This document shows positions 34,247 to 36,913 of a stretch of 36,913 bases of DNA, in pieces. Location: contig JYFJ02003865.1 of the NCBI GenBank assembly GCA_000934665.2, forward strand, positions 1-36,913, read 5' to 3'. A program made the translations under genes and the position numbers. The number at the start of each line of letters is the position of its first letter. Position 1 is the first letter of the stretch. Origin of the DNA: Catajapyx aquilonaris (taxonomy: Eukaryota). The notes beneath the pieces were generated by a model, which saw only the letters and a program-made list of their open reading frames with translations, did no database searches and was not told the origin of the DNA.

Positions 34247-36119
34247 CACACCCGCAACATCTGAGGCTCGTTCCAGAGCCTTGAAAACTACGCAAACGTC
34301 GGGCCATTTAGTCCCTCCCAGTGTAGCGTTGGAAATAAGTACACGCATAGCCGCCGATAGCTTACCAGATATCATTGATAACTTCTTTGATAATTCCAAC
34401 CCTGCAAGCTGCGCGAACTGTAGTGCGCACTCGGTGCGGGCGAATGCGCCGTACCGTGCCTGTCGGGGCCACAAGAAGTACAGTGTCGTCCTTGTGCGCC
34501 ATCTATGTGAGCGACATGGCACTACATGGACACTTCAACTGTTGAAATATCTGCTGTTGAGGTAGGTTTGATCGTGACTAATGCAATGCATGACCAAAGT
34601 TCATTGTCTGTCTGTCCAATCATTTTCTTTTCTTTTCTTTTTCCCACCTGCTTATCACCCCCCTTGTTAGCAGTTAGCGGGAGGGACGTTCAATATTCAA
34701 GAGTGTTGTCGCCTGACACCGTCCGTCTCTTCTTGATCAATCATGCACGGGGGGTCATTACGGTGACACATTTTTTAAAAAAAAAAAAAAAAGTTACATA
34801 TTGACCAACAATAGTGATCGATCAGTAATTGCACCCAAATTTTACATTTTTTTGGTAAGAAACACGTGATGGGTGGAGAGTTTCAAATATTTTATAAAAA
34901 AAAGTTTAAATCCCCCCCCCCCCCACACCCCTCCTCCTCCTCCCCTCTAATCATGCTAAGTGCCAATCGATAGATCAAGATGGGGGGCGAAAACCCCTCC
35001 TACCCAATTTTCTATTTTCTTGTGGCTTTAAAGGTGATCTGCATTTCAGATGAGAAACTTCGCCTACTTAGTCATCGATAGGTCAACAATGAGCTGGAGG
35101 AAGGGGGGTTCAAACCGTTTTAGTTGGATCAAGTGCGGCTCACAAGTATATAATGTATATAGGCGTAATCCACAATAAGCGCCCAGCTCATCCCCAACGA
35201 TCGCAATTAACTAAAATTGTCACGCAATGCGACGTACCGTGCCTGGCGGGGCCACAAGTCTTTTAAAGTCGTAGTCTGAATCTGAGTAACTTTCATTCCA
35301 ATAATATACTATATTTGGCCCAGAATTTACGTAAAAATGGCAGCCGGTTACCATGTCAAATTGGCAAAGCCACAATAACGTTCGTTGGCCTGCGACGCAC
35401 ACAATACGGGCAGTAGCTAATGTTGTCGCAAACACTAGAGTCCAGCTCGCTGACGTCCGCGATTAATTTAAAAAAATGGCAAAGAATTACTTGTTATAAT
35501 AATTAATATTAATAGCTGATATTATTATTATTATTATTATTATTTATAATCTGTTGTTAATATTAATAGCTGACATTGACTTAGAATATTTAACTTGAGA
35601 ATTTTTCCTATATGTGTTGGTGTGGTCACCCCAATGATGTCATGCAGATGACACCAACATGTGTGGGGAAATTCTCTATAGTTAAATTCTAAGTAAAAGA
35701 AGCTTTTGAAGTACGTTTTCCACGCGAAACCCTTTTTGTAAAAACTGGCCATATTTCACCTTGATGTACAGGACTCGACACAACTGCCCTACAAAAAAAA
35801 AGAGTGTACGCCACGTCCTGTCTTATTAGCGTTTTGTTAAAAATTCAAAGTAACCTGTTTTTAGCACGTCTGTAAAAAAAAAAAAAGAGCCCCACTCAGT
35901 ACGTGTGACATTGCCAAGTGTGGAAAGTGCCAGACGCAGGCACCGCCAATCTCAACACTATGTTCCGGGGAGAATTAATCACACATGTGTGAGCACCATG
36001 TGTGTGTGTGACCTGATCTTGACCCGGGGCCAACGCCACCGGGGGAGAGGCTGTAAATTATTTTTCACTTGAATCAATGAGACGGAAATAATTTTTTGAA
36101 GGGGGGGGCAGACAGAAGC

Positions 36120-36265
36120 GTTGGGAGGTGACGTCACGCGTTAACGTGACGGGAGGCTTAGCGTCACTATAAATGTCACGTGTCGGCTGTTTCAACACCT
36201 TGTCACTTCGGCTTCTAGTCTAGGCCGTTTGCCAAACGAATCTGTCTTTTCATCTGTTGCAGGTA
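36120..36265 (+). promoter_or_regulatory. Possible promoter and first non-coding exon of a gene outside the window
   Basis: GTGACGTCAC (CRE), TATAAAT at 36168, GTCACGTG E-box, then a CAG|GTACG donor-like site near 36262. Confidence 0.3.
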
Positions 36266-36598
36266 CGAGCCAAAATGGCTTTTTTTAAGGCTTATATATA
36301 TATTGGTGTTTACACTAGGGGTTGAGTTACGTGTGTGATTGATGAATGTTTTGTATCGATATATTTAGTATCGTATCGATTCAGCAATATAATTATCAAG
36401 TCTGTGCCTCTGTTTGTCCGGAGTCATCTCTCACGTAGGTGCATGTAGCCCCCACTATACTGGCACGACCTTGACAGTTGCAGAAGTGCACTCATGCGCC
36501 ATCTATGTGAGGGATTATGGTAATTACGTGAACAGTGCCCGGACAGTTTTTGCTTTCTAAGACAATTATAAAATAAATTAGTATTAATTATTTAGAAA

Positions 36599-36765
36599 TA
36601 AACAATAAGCAATATTTAGAAATTATTTAGAAGTAAACAATAAGCAATATTTAGAAATTATTTAGAAGTAAACAATAAGCAATATTTAGAAATTATTTAG
36701 AAGTAAACAATAAGCAATATTTAGAAATTATTTAGAAATAAACAATAAGCAATATTTAGAAAATA
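36599..36765. repeat. 35-bp AT-rich tandem repeat, about 5 copies
   Basis: TAAACAATAAGCAATATTTAGAAATTATTTAGAAG at 36599, 36634, 36669, 36704 and 36739. Confidence 0.97.
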
Positions 36766-36913
36766 TTTATAAATATTTTAAAATAAACAGAATAAACCAA
36801 GCATATATTCATATTTTTATAAATAAAATAGACAAATCAGATTTATTAATTATTGCCTTTATTCTTAAATAATAAAATAGACAAATAACCATAAATATTG
36901 ATGAATAAATACA

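Noticed and set aside
34430..34480. LVAPTGT resembling a Pif1/Helitron helicase motif
   Set aside because: No Walker A or other helicase motifs nearby, and the paralogous copy favours a different frame.

Overview
Eukaryotic (invertebrate, probably arthropod) genomic DNA with many short introns of about 50-80 nt. I found no prokaryotic genes, RNA genes or CRISPR arrays. Left part (1-11.3 kb): decayed non-LTR retrotransposon pieces, a probable 3' LTR, a Tigger/pogo-type MITE, a Helitron-like tandem array and a mosaic of degenerate local duplications. Genes I could splice by hand: a THAP + coiled-coil + P-element-type HTH gene with no catalytic domain (minus), two tandem divergent ionotropic receptors (plus), two divergent Barrier-to-autointegration factor (BAF/BANF1)-like genes (plus; one intact and very basic, one frameshifted), TRNAU1AP/SECp43 (minus), SART3/Prp24 (minus) and trichoplein TCHP (plus). 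Best leads: (1) a 450-bp TIR element with a perfect 8-bp TSD sits inside the first coding exon of SART3, and a GT in its TIR plus an AG in its TSD could remove it in frame as an intron (introner-like); (2) the hyper-basic BAF-like paralog pair, whose splicing the ORF track misses; (3) an apparently domesticated, truncated P-element transposase. All family assignments come from motif recognition by eye, not database searches.
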